A DNA stretch of 63,314 bases, the filler included. It is 4 parts of 4 records of this genome, joined end to end, with 100 filler letters (N's around TTAATTAATTAA, not from the genome) between each part and the next. Parts side by side here need not be neighbours in the genome. Positions count along the whole stretch, not along the records: positions 14,481 to 36,848 come from SRR33789315_48; 3 more parts are not named here. The stretch is one strand, 5' to 3'. Both the position numbers and the translations under genes were made by a program. Shown piece by piece: positions 16,802 to 27,517 of the stretch. Each line of letters starts with the position of its first letter. Position 1 is the first letter of the stretch. The notes below the pieces were generated by a model. That model ran no database searches, was not told where the DNA came from, and was given only the letters and a program-made list of their open reading frames with translations.

Positions 16802-17071
16802 TCCAAATCATCCTGTAAAATATAAATATCTAAGAAAATACCAATTCACCCAATATAAACACTTAACTATACCCACCCTCTTAAAGTTGCAGCATTGTTG
16901 GCTCACTTGTTTGATCACCTAAATGTCATTCCAACGCTAAAGGATATATAGATTACGTAGCCTTCTTTCTTAATGGCATTCAACACAAATAACGACAACA
17001 GTGACAAGCACAAATAATCTACATTTATTCGCTATTTAATCGTCCTGTTATCAATGTCTTATCAAGTAAAA

Positions 17072-17160
17072 CTTAATCGTTTAAGACTAATGTAGCAAAA
17101 TTAACAAACAAATGTTGAGTTGTAAACCTTATGTAAAAATAAATTGCAAACCAGTTTACA
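17072..17160. promoter_or_regulatory. Two LacI-type operator palindromes in the divergent promoter region
   Basis: CTTAATCGTTTAAG (17072-17085) and TGCAAACCAGTTTACA (17145-17160). Confidence 0.5.
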
Positions 17161-17224
17161 TGCCAATGCAATATAGCTAGTTGTATATTTGAATCAATTA
17201 CCTTAAACCTATCAGCTAACTAGG

Positions 17225-18393
17225 GCGTGTTATGTAGACTTATTTGCTGGTGATCTCAAAAGCTTAAAAAACACAATCCTTAGCTAACAGACTTAGGCGT
17301 AACTTACCTGCATTTAATGCCATTATACGATGATCCTAAAGGTGATAGTGATGGCGGATATGCTGTGTCTAATTACCGTAAAGTAAATGAAAAGTTAGGT
17401 AATATTGACGACTTAAAAGTACTCGCCATTGCATTAGATAAAGCAAGTATTAGCTTAGTATTAGATTTTGTATTTAACCATACCTCTGATGAACATACTT
17501 GGCCAATGGCCGCTAAGTCAGGCGAGGTAATTTCACTTGGAATGAACAAGCCCCAAAATGGGTGTGGACCACTTTTAACAGTTTTCAGTGGGATTTAAAT
17601 TATGCTAATCCTGCGGTATTTAATGCCATCACAGAAGAGATGTTATTTTTAGCCAATATAGCTTGTGAAGCCTTACGTTTAGACGCTTTGGCTTTTATTT
17701 GGAAAGAAATGGACACCGATTGCGAAAATCAACAAAATGCTCATACCCTTATTCAAGCGTTTAACCGTTGTTTACAAATATGTGCACCGGCCGTGGCATT
17801 CAAATCAGAAGCCAAAGTGCATCCTGATGAAGTAGTCAAATATATTGATAAGCAAGAATGTCAGCTATCTTACAACCTTCTTTTGATGGCATTAATTTGG
17901 GAGAGTTTAGCGACTCGTAATACTCAATTACTTACCCATTCCATGCACAAGAGTTTTGTCATATCCCCAGATTGCGCATGGGTAAACTATGTGCGCTGTC
18001 ATGATGATCGTTGGATACATCGGATTGCCTTAAGCCATCAAGTTATTAAACAAGCTAGTCACCCTAAGTCAGCCCAGTTTGAAGTATCTCAAGGCTTAAA
18101 AACTCATATAACTTCGTCAAAAGCATGAGGTATTTGGCCAGAGTCAAACTCACATTATTGAAACTGAAAATCCCCATATATTTGCTTAGAGGCGGTTTAA
18201 TGAGAAAGGCCACTATCTATTGGCATTGTGTAATTTTAGTGAACATAGTCAACAGCTAAATGCCAGTATATTGCAGTACTTAGAGGGAAAGCCTGTACTA
18301 AATTTAATCAATAGAAAATATATGCAAGGCCACGACTCAGCAATCAAATTAAATCCATATGAAGTGATGTGGCTTACCAATAAAGAGCACTAA
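17225..18393 (+). pseudogene. Amylosucrase/sucrose hydrolase (GH13) pseudogene
   Basis: Fragments [67 protein letters not shown] and PYEVMWL lie in different frames, with frameshifts, stops and internal deletions. Confidence 0.9.
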
Positions 18394-18419
18394 GGCATAC
18401 TTAAGCGTTAGATAGAAGG

Positions 18420-19457
18420 TTATTTGCAACTTTGTCTAATGACTAAACGTGTTTCAAGTATACATTGCTCTTCGGTACGTCCTTCGAGCAACATCTTGGC
18501 AGCGATACGCCCTTTTTCTATACTCTGCTGACTGACCGTGGTTAAAGTTGGCATACTACGTGATGCTTCTGGTATGTCATCAAAACCAGTGACTTGCAAT
18601 TGCTGTGGCACTGCAATGCCTAATTCACTGGCAACACGCAATGCAGCAAGGGCAATAACATCACTCATGCAAAATAAAATATTCGGTAACGGTGTCGACG
18701 TTAACGCTTCTCGAGCAGCAATTTCAGCTCTTTCCGGTGAATTTATTGGTATATGCCAAATTTTATCCGCCGCAATACAAGTGCCCTTATCATCAGCTGC
18801 ACGTATATATCCAGCCAGTCGTGCTCTTGAAATTTCTTGGCTTTGACTCGTCAAGTCCTCGGCTGTTAACCGACACACACGTGACGACTCTATTAATCGC
18901 AGACCCAGAACTGCAACTTGCGGTTTTTCAATTTTACGTAAAGCATGAGAACTGATGACATAGGCACCTTGCTCGTTATCAATATTAACCGAACCAGTAC
19001 CTGAAAATTCAAAATCTACCGCAACAACTGGCTTACCGGTCCGTAAAATATGCTTAAAAGCATTTCCCTTCAACGCGCCATATAAAATAAATCCATCAGG
19101 TAATGATTCGGCACTATTTTGCTCTGCGGAGTTCTCGCCACTAGATAACAATAACAATTGCTTTTTTTTATCCACTAACACTTCAGCTATTCCTTGCAAA
19201 AGTTGATTAGCAACTGGATCTGAAAAACTGTAACTGATGGAATCGGCAAGCATTACACCAATGACACCCGACTCCCCCCTGCGCAGCGAACGAGCAGCTA
19301 AATTAGGACCAAAATAGCCAAGTTCTGCTGATTGCTTCAATATTCTATCTCGCAACTTTGCAGATAGTTGGTCTGGACGGTTAAATGCATTTGACACCGT
19401 AGCCGTAGACACCCCCAATTTTTCAGCGACTTGTTTAAGATTTAATTTAGTTTTGAT
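18420..19457 (-). CDS. LacI-family transcriptional regulator (start codon appears to be ATC or lost)
   Basis: The HTH KLNLKQVAEKLGVSTATVSNAF extends upstream of the TTG at 19418. GFDDIP and PTLTTV are present in the ligand-binding domain. Confidence 0.85.
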   Translation of the reverse strand: MKTKLNLKQVAEKLGVSTATVSNAFNRPDQLSAKLRDRILKQSAELGYFGPNLAARSLRRGESGVIGVMLADSISYSFSDPVANQLLQGIAEVLVDKKKQLLLLSSGENSAEQNSAESLPDGFILYGALKGNAFKHILRTGKPVVAVDFEFSGTGSVNIDNEQGAYVISSHALRKIEKPQVAVLGLRLIESSRVCRLTAEDLTSQSQEISRARLAGYIRAADDKGTCIAADKIWHIPINSPERAEIAAREALTSTPLPNILFCMSDVIALAALRVASELGIAVPQQLQVTGFDDIPEASRSMPTLTTVSQQSIEKGRIAAKMLLEGRTEEQCILETRLVIRQSCK

Positions 19458-19608
19458 AAAAATATCTCTAACTACTTCATTATAATGGTCTAGTAGCTTA
19501 CCTAAGACAGTGAAAGTTGACTACCAACAAATAAAATTTATGGAGATAGATCAACTAAGAAATAACGGAAATTGGCAAATTGTTCCCCACTCCAAGAAGC
19601 AATGTGAC

Positions 19609-19774
19609 TAGGGCGTGCTGACCTTTGGTGAGTTTTTTTGCAGCCGTTTGTAGCATTTTTATACAAGACAGAGTGAGCGAGGTGTCGTTGTGCTACATGA
19701 ACCAACGATAACGCAGTAGAAATAGGCTAAAAGCACTGCCCGAAGGGTTCAACCCAAAAGATAAACACGTCCTA
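19609..19774. mobile_element. MITE (~166 bp) with IS5-family-like terminal inverted repeats
   Basis: TIRs TAGGGCGTGCTGACCTTT / AAAGATAAACACGTCCTA, TA at both ends, no ORF. Confidence 0.75.
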
Positions 19775-19980
19775 AGACCTTGATATTTAGTCGGAAAAAT
19801 TATGGTGTTTTTTAAAAGTATTTAACCTTAGCTATTGTTACAACATGATCAAGCCCACATGCATAAAGAATACTCAGAGATGTGCAGCTAAATTCTGGTG
19901 TTTGCTAAGATCTGGTCTATGTTAAAAGTAACCAAACAAAATGACTGTTTAACCTAAACTCAATTTTAAAAGGATGAATC

Positions 19981-20175
19981 ATGAGTGTGACTACAACTAC
20001 CGAATTTAGCTGCCCTTATTGTATGGAAGATAATGATATTGAAGTTGACCCTGACAACGATTTAAATCAGCAACAAATTGTCGATTGTCAGGTGTGTTGC
20101 AATCCTATTGAAATTACGGTGACAAAGGGTATTCACGATAATTTTAATGTGATAGCAATGACGGACAGAGAATAG
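19981..20175 (+). CDS. CPXCG-motif cysteine-rich small protein
   Basis: CPYC ... DCQVCCNPI. Confidence 0.85.
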   Translation: MSVTTTTEFSCPYCMEDNDIEVDPDNDLNQQQIVDCQVCCNPIEITVTKGIHDNFNVIAMTDRE

Positions 20176-20263
20176 AATGTTAGTGTATAAGGCCTTTGTT
20201 CTTAACCAATAACAGAAGCTTGAAACAAGGGTTGTTGGGTAGTTGATAGGAAACGATTTTAAC

Positions 20264-20617
20264 ATGATAACTCTGTATTTTGCTCCTCATGGGCTTCAGC
20301 TACTTTTGAGTCAGGTAAAAGGTGAAAGGGAGCTAATTAAAGTCGTTAGCCAAGAAATTGAAAATTACCAATTTGCTACCCAGATTGATAGCAATGAACT
20401 TGATCTGGCCTACGCAGCCGCAGGGGGGCCCTCCCCGTGGACCTTGGCAGACAATCTTCCAGCCCTTTCACCGACACCAAGCCGCAAAGCAACCTTCGGT
20501 GATATTTTGGTTGAAACAGATACTGGCTATGTCAATTTAGCGACCCCAGCAGGATTTATTCCTTTAGTTGATAGCGAATGTCATTTGGGCATATTACGAA
20601 AAAAACAATTCAATTGA
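20264..20617 (+). CDS. Hypothetical protein
   Basis: Co-oriented ORF of ~117 aa with an AGGA RBS nearby. Confidence 0.65.
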   Translation: MITLYFAPHGLQLLLSQVKGERELIKVVSQEIENYQFATQIDSNELDLAYAAAGGPSPWTLADNLPALSPTPSRKATFGDILVETDTGYVNLATPAGFIPLVDSECHLGILRKKQFN

Positions 20618-20689
20618 ACATACTGCAGCACACAAACCATATTGCTTGCTTTACACTAAACTTATACTCACGAATTAATATTACTCACT

Positions 20690-21367
20690 ATGTCTTATGA
20701 ATCTATTCTCGCAGAAATACTCACTTGGGTTACGTCTTATAAAACCAATTTGCTGGGCACCTGCTTGGCACTGTTTTGCTATCTTTTAGTCACACGCTTT
20801 ACCCTTCCTCGATTAACTAAATCAACCGATGATAGCGGTTTTAAAAGTGAACAGGTTGCCAAGGCTTACCATATGGTAAGATTGGTCACCGCTACCGTGA
20901 CTATTGCTATTATCTTGCTATTTTGGGGAATTGATTTTAGCGGTTTGTTGATCTTTTCAACCTCCATGATCACTTTATTGGGTGTTGCCCTATTTGCCAG
21001 TTGGTCAATTTTAAGTAACATCACTTCGTTTTTTATTATGTTATTTCATACCTCATTTCGCCGTGGTAATTTTATTCGAATAATCGATGCTGACAACTAT
21101 ATCGAAGGTTACATCTCAGAATTAGGCTTGCTAAACACTAAACTGACAACCAGCAAAAATGAATTAGTTATCTACCCAAATAACCTGTTACTCGCTCGCC
21201 CAATTTTTGTAAATCCACTAAGAAAACTTAATGAAATGGGTAAAATTACCGATATTCAGTCAATAAGAGAGCTAACACCAGAGACATCTGTTTCATTATC
21301 TTCCGATAAGGATCAACCTATAGAATTAGAGGCCAGTGACAAGCAGGTGAATAAAGACAAGCAATGA
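20690..21367 (+). CDS. Small-conductance mechanosensitive channel family protein
   Basis: Three TM segments, then ILSNITS...FRRGNFIRI...G.I.ELG...IYPNN. Confidence 0.85.
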   Translation: MSYESILAEILTWVTSYKTNLLGTCLALFCYLLVTRFTLPRLTKSTDDSGFKSEQVAKAYHMVRLVTATVTIAIILLFWGIDFSGLLIFSTSMITLLGVALFASWSILSNITSFFIMLFHTSFRRGNFIRIIDADNYIEGYISELGLLNTKLTTSKNELVIYPNNLLLARPIFVNPLRKLNEMGKITDIQSIRELTPETSVSLSSDKDQPIELEASDKQVNKDKQ

Positions 21368-22332
21368 CCCTATGCAACAAGCCTTATCAACAAATTCATA
21401 TTATTTGTCTATGCAGCTACTTATGGTGTGTCAGTTTTAACTTGTCTGGAGAACAAATAGAGTTCAAAAAAAACAAACAACAACAAGGTATCCAATTTAA
21501 TTATCAATGGGTAGATAGCGCCTCTCAAACCCAACAGCTTGAATTTTTATTGCCTACAAATCAATTTAATCGCCAAACTCACAAACGATTTGTCAGTCAC
21601 TTAGCTCAACAATATATCTATATTGCGTTGCATAAAGCGGCTCAAAAAATTGATCCGAGAGAGGCTACCGTTACTATTCAACGTCAACCGCAAAATATTC
21701 AAGTCAAAGTCAATAGTCGGTCAGAAAAACTCCTGACAAAATGGCAAAGCGCCATGAAAGAAAGCGAGAAAGAGGCTTTTGACCAATACTTACAAGACAA
21801 TTATTACAGTCGTTTTATGTCATATCTAGGACAAGAGGCGATCAAGCCAGATCATTTACGTTACATCAACGAAAACAAATTGCCCTTATTACCGGTTGCT
21901 CAAGGGATTTACGAAAAATTGCCTCAGAACAGTGAAAGTCGAACCTATATCAATGTTTTGCTTAGCTGGGTTCAGAGTATTCCTTACAATGCCTTAGAAA
22001 ATCGTATGACCTCAAATGGCGCGGGCTTTTTACCGCCATTAGCCGTTATTGGAAATAACCAAGGAGATTGTGATAGCAAATCGGTGTTAACGGCCAGTCT
22101 TATACGCTCACTATTGCCCGATGTTAAATTGGTGATGTTATATTTACCTCAACATGCGTTGTTGGGGATCAGTTTGCCCTTCCGGAATGATGAAGCAACA
22201 TTTAACATCAATGGCGTCGATTATTTATTGTTTGACCCCACCGGACCTGCGGTCTTTCCACTTGGGATAATATCCCCCAAAAGTAATACCGATATTGCCA
22301 ATGGTTTATACAGTTATGAACAAATCCCATAA
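21364..22332 (+). CDS. Exported protein with a transglutaminase-like Cys-His-Asp motif
   Basis: WVQSIPY, GDCDSKS, HALLG and FDPTGP. Confidence 0.7.
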   Translation: MTLCNKPYQQIHIICLCSYLWCVSFNLSGEQIEFKKNKQQQGIQFNYQWVDSASQTQQLEFLLPTNQFNRQTHKRFVSHLAQQYIYIALHKAAQKIDPREATVTIQRQPQNIQVKVNSRSEKLLTKWQSAMKESEKEAFDQYLQDNYYSRFMSYLGQEAIKPDHLRYINENKLPLLPVAQGIYEKLPQNSESRTYINVLLSWVQSIPYNALENRMTSNGAGFLPPLAVIGNNQGDCDSKSVLTASLIRSLLPDVKLVMLYLPQHALLGISLPFRNDEATFNINGVDYLLFDPTGPAVFPLGIISPKSNTDIANGLYSYEQIP

Positions 22333-22476
22333 AATCTAAGAATAATGTATTTTTATCTTTCCGCATTGAACACCCTTAGGTAATTTTTACATTCTATGAA
22401 TACAATTCTACAAGTAAAATCCAATATTTCTATCAGGAAATAAAATTAAGTTATTTAAAAACATATAGTTAAGTGT

Positions 22477-22492
22477 TGGCACTGAATTCGCT
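22477..22492 (+). promoter_or_regulatory. Sigma54-type (-24/-12) promoter upstream of the BON gene
   Basis: TGGCACTGAATTCGCT fits GG-N10-GC. Confidence 0.6.
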
Positions 22493-22528
22493 TTAGCAAT
22501 AATGTCGAAACAAAGAAGGAGACATAAA

Positions 22529-23080
22529 ATGAAACATACAACTTGTTCATTACTTATTGCAGCAGCCTTAACCACTACCTCAATTGGTGTCAATGCCGAA
22601 ACAACTTGGACCGACAGCGCCAAAGATGCTTGGATTGACGGTAAAGCTGAAACTACCTTGTTATTTAATGAAAACCTTGATTCATTTGATATTAATACCG
22701 ACGTTAAAAATGGCGTGGTAACGCTGACCGGTAAAGTGGAGACTGAAGTAGATAAAGCCTTAGCGTCAGAGCTTATCGAATCTTTAGATGGTGTAGAGAG
22801 TGTTGAAAATCACCTCACCGTGATGGATCAGAATACCGCGTCAGAAACAGCCATGGTGCTTCAAGCGTTAAAAGACTCAAAGGTAGAGTCTGTGGTTAAA
22901 ACTCGCCTGTTATTCGAATCTGAAGTGAGTGGTAGTGATATCGAAGTAGAAGTTGAAGAAGGTATTGTAACGCTAGAAGGAAAAGTCAGCTCTGATTCAG
23001 AACGTGATTTAGCCGTTGCCATCGCTAAAAATACCACTGACGTTAAACGTGTTGTCAATAATATTACTATTGGTAAGTAA
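22529..23080 (+). CDS. OsmY-like double BON-domain periplasmic protein
   Basis: Signal peptide plus two BON domains (DAWID..., GVVTLTG; DSKVE..., GIVTLEG); AGGAG RBS. Confidence 0.88.
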   Translation: MKHTTCSLLIAAALTTTSIGVNAETTWTDSAKDAWIDGKAETTLLFNENLDSFDINTDVKNGVVTLTGKVETEVDKALASELIESLDGVESVENHLTVMDQNTASETAMVLQALKDSKVESVVKTRLLFESEVSGSDIEVEVEEGIVTLEGKVSSDSERDLAVAIAKNTTDVKRVVNNITIGK

Positions 23081-23100
23081 CCTCAACTCAGGTTATTTAG

Positions 23101-23132
23101 TAAGCGCCCTTTTAGGGCGCTTAGCGTTTTTT
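23101..23132 (+). terminator. Rho-independent terminator
   Basis: TAAGCGCCCT-ttt-AGGGCGCTTA followed by a T tract. Confidence 0.75.
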
Positions 23133-23177
23133 AAATAAGCCGTTTCACTGTCAATTGTATCCTTTATTATTTTACCC

Positions 23178-24029
23178 TTATTCTTGTGGCCTGACATGCA
23201 AGTAGCTGGCAAACCGCGGAATACGATTGTTTGTTAAACCATAATATTTAAAAGTAATGATTGCACCTAATGGCGGAGGGTTTTGACGCTCTAGATCGCT
23301 AAATCCAGAACCTATTTTAAAACGCCTACCATCTTCCATTTCAACCAATACAGCACCGAGCTGGTTGAGGTACTTTCCTTTGCCGGGTAAATGGCTAATC
23401 ACTTTGGCTTCGGCATCCTGATACAACTTTAGCTTTAACAAATGTTCACTGCGGCCATCTTGATAATAAGCAAGTTGATGATGCAGCATGAGACCTTCGG
23501 CACCGTTTTTTACCCACTCATTCAGCTTATTCATTAAGGCCGATGGGGCTGGTACTTTAAATTGAGGGATTAATTGTAAAAAAGCACTATTACTTTTAGT
23601 TACTAGGTCTTGCATGGCAACAATGCGTTCACTAAAAGTTCCTTGGTGCTTAGGTAAATCAAACAACATGTAGCGAATATTACGCCAATCTTCTGTTGGC
23701 GTATCACGCATAACAATGGATACGGTTTGTTCAAATTGCCCACGACCTAACCACAATTCGCCTTCGAGCATTTGTGCAGGAAAATCAGCTACAAACCAAG
23801 CTGGAGTGTGAATATTATTGCCGTTTTTCGTGGTCAATGAGTGTCCGTTCCAGCGAGCACGAATACCGTCTAATTTTTCACTTATCCAATATTCTTCAAC
23901 GGGGATATCGTCGTGAAAGATTGTCGCTAACTGTAGAGGGCTATCATCAGAGGCCTTGCCGACTGAATATCCTATAAGATAAGTGATTAGAAAAAGACAA
24001 ATACCAAGAAAATAGTTGAATTTAGCCAT
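23178..24029 (-). CDS. Minimal ATP-dependent DNA ligase with signal peptide (LigE type)
   Basis: Motif I SEKLDGIR, EGELW, EGLML, LLKLK, OB-fold IGSGFSD and PRFASY; hydrophobic N-terminus. Confidence 0.9.
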   Translation of the reverse strand: MAKFNYFLGICLFLITYLIGYSVGKASDDSPLQLATIFHDDIPVEEYWISEKLDGIRARWNGHSLTTKNGNNIHTPAWFVADFPAQMLEGELWLGRGQFEQTVSIVMRDTPTEDWRNIRYMLFDLPKHQGTFSERIVAMQDLVTKSNSAFLQLIPQFKVPAPSALMNKLNEWVKNGAEGLMLHHQLAYYQDGRSEHLLKLKLYQDAEAKVISHLPGKGKYLNQLGAVLVEMEDGRRFKIGSGFSDLERQNPPPLGAIITFKYYGLTNNRIPRFASYLHVRPQE

Positions 24030-24189
24030 ATTCATTGAATTCCATCTCGTCGAATACACTAAAGCGTAGTTCAGATATCGTTTAATGGTTAATTTATTTT
24101 ACTAACAATATAAGTAGCCGCACGATTAGCGGAGCAACAGTTTGGTAAACAAACCATGCAGCATTAAAAGGCTGCATGGTCTTTAAAAT

Positions 24190-25686
24190 TTAATTTGATT
24201 CAATAAATTGATGAATATCTGCCGCCAACTTTTTAAGGGAGGGTTGATGCAAATACATCATGTGTCCTGCCTCATAGTAGGTTTGGGTTACACGACTAAG
24301 GTCAATACCATGGCGGGCAAAAGTATATTCACCATCAAAGAATGGCGTTGAATAATCAAAATAGCCACTCGCCAATAGTACTTTCATATTGGGATTTTTA
24401 CGCATTTCTAAGGCAAGAGCGGGGGCAGAATTAACGTACTTGGGCTCTTTACCTTTTTCCAAACTGCGGTCCCACACCCAACCTTTATTGACTTCACTCG
24501 AACTGACGACATAATCACGTGACCAATCGACGTTTAATTCTTTGTGCAAATAATCATTCAATCCTGCGGTATACGCCGCTGATACCGCCACACTGGCAGC
24601 ATCATATTTAGGTGATAGTGACAAATCATCAATTTCATTAGAGCTATAACGAGAGTCAAGTCTTCCTACCGCAAGGCCTTTATCTGCCAACAATAACTTA
24701 GTTTGTCGAGTCGCAGTTACGCGTAAATTAGCTCTTTTGATAGTCTCTAATGGCAATCCAGTGTATTTGGCTAATTTAATGGCTATTTGCTCAAATTTTC
24801 GACCACTTAAGGTGCTACCTTTAAATAGTGCAGGCAAGTATTCATCGACTGCAAAGGCTTTAACCTCAACCATTAAGTCACTCAGTGTAATGCTCTGTTG
24901 ATCAATTTTATGATGATACCAAGCGGTTGCAGCCATAGTTGGCAAATAGGTCACAAAGGCCACTAAATTGTCTTCAACAGGAGTACTACCGGTGTAATCC
25001 AAGGCCTGACTGATTAACATCACACCATTCATCCGCATAGGACTTTTTCTGTCATCCAAGTAGGGCATCATTGCAGCTGCTCTGGTCGTGCCAAAACTCT
25101 CTCCCGCTAGATATTTTGGTGAATTCCATCGTTTATTTAACCTCACCCATTGTTTGATGATGTTACTGACTGAACGTGCATCTTCATCTAAGCCCCAAAC
25201 ATCTTTGGCTGAGCCCTTACCCGCAAGTTTACTAAATCCCGTTCCAATAGGATCAATAAACACCATATCGGTAAGATCTAATGGGCTATAAGGATTATCA
25301 ATCAAACGATAGGGGGCATTACCGGCATCTTGTGCATCGCTCGGGACATCAACAATTTTGGGTCCCAATAAGCCCATGTGTAGCCATATTGATGCAGAGC
25401 CAGGGCCACCATTAAATACAAAAGTGACGGGTCTGTCACTTTTAGCATTGACAATGTATGCGGTCGTAACAGCATCTGCAATGACTTCATTTTTTTCATT
25501 CAATAAATGCAAGTTACTGACGGTGGCAGTGTAGCTGACGGTTTTGCCATTGAATGTGCCCTTATGCTTAGTACCAAAAGATTGTAATTCTGGCACTGGC
25601 AGAGTTTTGTCATCCGACTTTTTATCATCTGCCGCGTAAATGGATAAATTAAACAGTAAACAACAAACAAAGAGCAATAAACGCAT
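24190..25686 (-). CDS. S10-family serine carboxypeptidase, secreted
   Basis: FNGGPGSAS, IDPIGTGFS, GESFG and GHMMY; signal peptide. Confidence 0.9.
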   Translation of the reverse strand: MRLLLFVCCLLFNLSIYAADDKKSDDKTLPVPELQSFGTKHKGTFNGKTVSYTATVSNLHLLNEKNEVIADAVTTAYIVNAKSDRPVTFVFNGGPGSASIWLHMGLLGPKIVDVPSDAQDAGNAPYRLIDNPYSPLDLTDMVFIDPIGTGFSKLAGKGSAKDVWGLDEDARSVSNIIKQWVRLNKRWNSPKYLAGESFGTTRAAAMMPYLDDRKSPMRMNGVMLISQALDYTGSTPVEDNLVAFVTYLPTMAATAWYHHKIDQQSITLSDLMVEVKAFAVDEYLPALFKGSTLSGRKFEQIAIKLAKYTGLPLETIKRANLRVTATRQTKLLLADKGLAVGRLDSRYSSNEIDDLSLSPKYDAASVAVSAAYTAGLNDYLHKELNVDWSRDYVVSSSEVNKGWVWDRSLEKGKEPKYVNSAPALALEMRKNPNMKVLLASGYFDYSTPFFDGEYTFARHGIDLSRVTQTYYEAGHMMYLHQPSLKKLAADIHQFIESN

Positions 25687-25879
25687 TTTTGAATCCTTAT
25701 AAATTTAGAGGTGACAAGGTTAGAGCATCTACAACCTGTATGTATAGTAAAAATCCGATATGAAGCATAACAACTTGCCATCTTTGAAAAATTTACAACA
25801 TTGCGTAAAAAGTTACTATTTTACTACGGTTTATAAAGATATAGAAAACATTTACCAATAAAATCATTGACTTAAAAAA

Positions 25880-25895
25880 TGGCTCATTTTTAGCT
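25880..25895 (+). promoter_or_regulatory. Sigma54-type promoter
   Basis: TGGCTCATTTTTAGCT fits GG-N10-GC, upstream of ORF 25951. Confidence 0.5.
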
Positions 25896-25950
25896 TGGGA
25901 AGAATGATATTTAAGAAAACAAAACAAATTATGAGCACTTAGGGGGAGAA

Positions 25951-26190
25951 ATGTTTTCAAATAATAATACATTGGTGTCCAATGAGGCGGTTACCGCATG
26001 CATTTATGACGAAACAAATGTTGGTGTTTGGTTGGTTTTTACCAAAAATCTTCCGGAATTCATTCCCGACATAGACAAGCAGGCTTATTCACAAACACTC
26101 AATTATTTAGCGACTTATTCTGCCATGCGCAACAATATTTATCGCTTCTTCGAAGCCCTAAAGGCTAATAATGCCCATTTATCTAGTTAA
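25951..26190 (+). CDS. Small hypothetical protein
   Basis: 79 aa with a strong AGGGGGAG RBS. Confidence 0.65.
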   Translation: MFSNNNTLVSNEAVTACIYDETNVGVWLVFTKNLPEFIPDIDKQAYSQTLNYLATYSAMRNNIYRFFEALKANNAHLSS

Positions 26191-26226
26191 TATAAGTCAG
26201 CAATACCATTGCAATCACAAACGGGC

Positions 26227-27204
26227 TTATTTCAGCACTAGTTCTGTCAATAATGGGAAATGGTCGGAGCCAATTTCAGGCAAACGGGCCAAGTTGACCA
26301 ACTCAAAGTCGTTACTGTGAAAGATATGATCTAAGGGCCATCGCGCCAACATGTTCTGCGCATGAAAGGTGTTGAAGGCTCCACGTCCAATACGAGGGTC
26401 TTGTAAGCGGCTGATACGCAGAAAAGCTTGAGTTGTAGGAGACCAAGCAACATCATTTAAATCACCACCAACCAAAAGGGGTAAGTTCTTTTGGTTTTTA
26501 TTATTGACGATTTCTTTTGCTAAACTCAGTAATTCAATATCTCTCTTGGTCGCTTTTTCATTCTCTGTAGGGCTGGGGGGAGCTGGATGCAAAAAGTGAC
26601 AGCGAATTTTCTCACCACTTTCTAGGGTTGCAAGGCAATGAATCGATGGCACTCCTTTTTCGACCCGTTCTTGTTTGACAATATCCGTTAACGGAATTCG
26701 ACTTAAAACATGCATACCGTATAAATTTTCAAGAGGGTAATTCACCCGATATCGATAAATATCATGCAAAGGAGTGAGAGCCTCCTCCCACCAAATATTA
26801 CTTTCTAGCGTAACCAATATGTGGGGTTCATGTTTATTGACTAATGCAATCAACTTGTGAACGTCACGATTGGTCATTAACACATTGGCATTCATTAACC
26901 TAATCGTGCGATTTGAGTCCACCGTTACTGATTGTTTAACCGTGGCAGAAACCAAGGGCGTGTAAGGCAAAATCCAATAAAGTTGATAACCGAGGGCTGA
27001 CAAATTAACCGCGATAAAAATTGCCATGTAAAGGGCTTCTTGCTGACAAAACACAAGGATCAGCAACATGTTAACAATTAATAAAAATGCTATTTGTAGT
27101 CTCGGAAACTCCCAAACCCTCACCATCCAATGATCACTGGGCAGCAAAGGAGCCAAGGTGAGTAGCGTAAGAAAAACACTTGAAATACTAAAAATCGTCA
27201 ACAT
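26227..27204 (-). CDS. Endonuclease/exonuclease/phosphatase family membrane protein
   Basis: NVL, LE, HPAPP, GDLND, LDHIF and GSDHFP; N-terminal TM segments. Confidence 0.9.
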   Translation of the reverse strand: MLTIFSISSVFLTLLTLAPLLPSDHWMVRVWEFPRLQIAFLLIVNMLLILVFCQQEALYMAIFIAVNLSALGYQLYWILPYTPLVSATVKQSVTVDSNRTIRLMNANVLMTNRDVHKLIALVNKHEPHILVTLESNIWWEEALTPLHDIYRYRVNYPLENLYGMHVLSRIPLTDIVKQERVEKGVPSIHCLATLESGEKIRCHFLHPAPPSPTENEKATKRDIELLSLAKEIVNNKNQKNLPLLVGGDLNDVAWSPTTQAFLRISRLQDPRIGRGAFNTFHAQNMLARWPLDHIFHSNDFELVNLARLPEIGSDHFPLLTELVLK

Positions 27205-27517
27205 TATTTTCCGGCCAATTTTAAGATTAATAGACTCTCATATCCCGCACGCAATGGGCTCAACAACGGTTAATTAATTTGAGAACAGCAGAGTGGTTTA
27301 AATTTTATAATTAAATTTTGATAAAAGATTTTTAATGATGACATAAATTAGCATCAAAGGTGACTTTTGTATGCTAACCCCATCTTCTTCTTATGATTAA
27401 TGGCAAAGTTGCTTAATCTCTTAGTTCTGCAGTAGCGTTTCAGAATGGAACAATAATTGCGTCACTATGAGTGTGTATCAAGCACGGGTAAAACACAAAA
27501 AAATAAAGGAGAAGACA

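Noticed and set aside
17220-17232. CTAGGGCGTGTT matching the MITE terminal repeat
   Set aside because: Explained by amylosucrase coding sequence (..ACYVDLFAG); there is no partner TIR.
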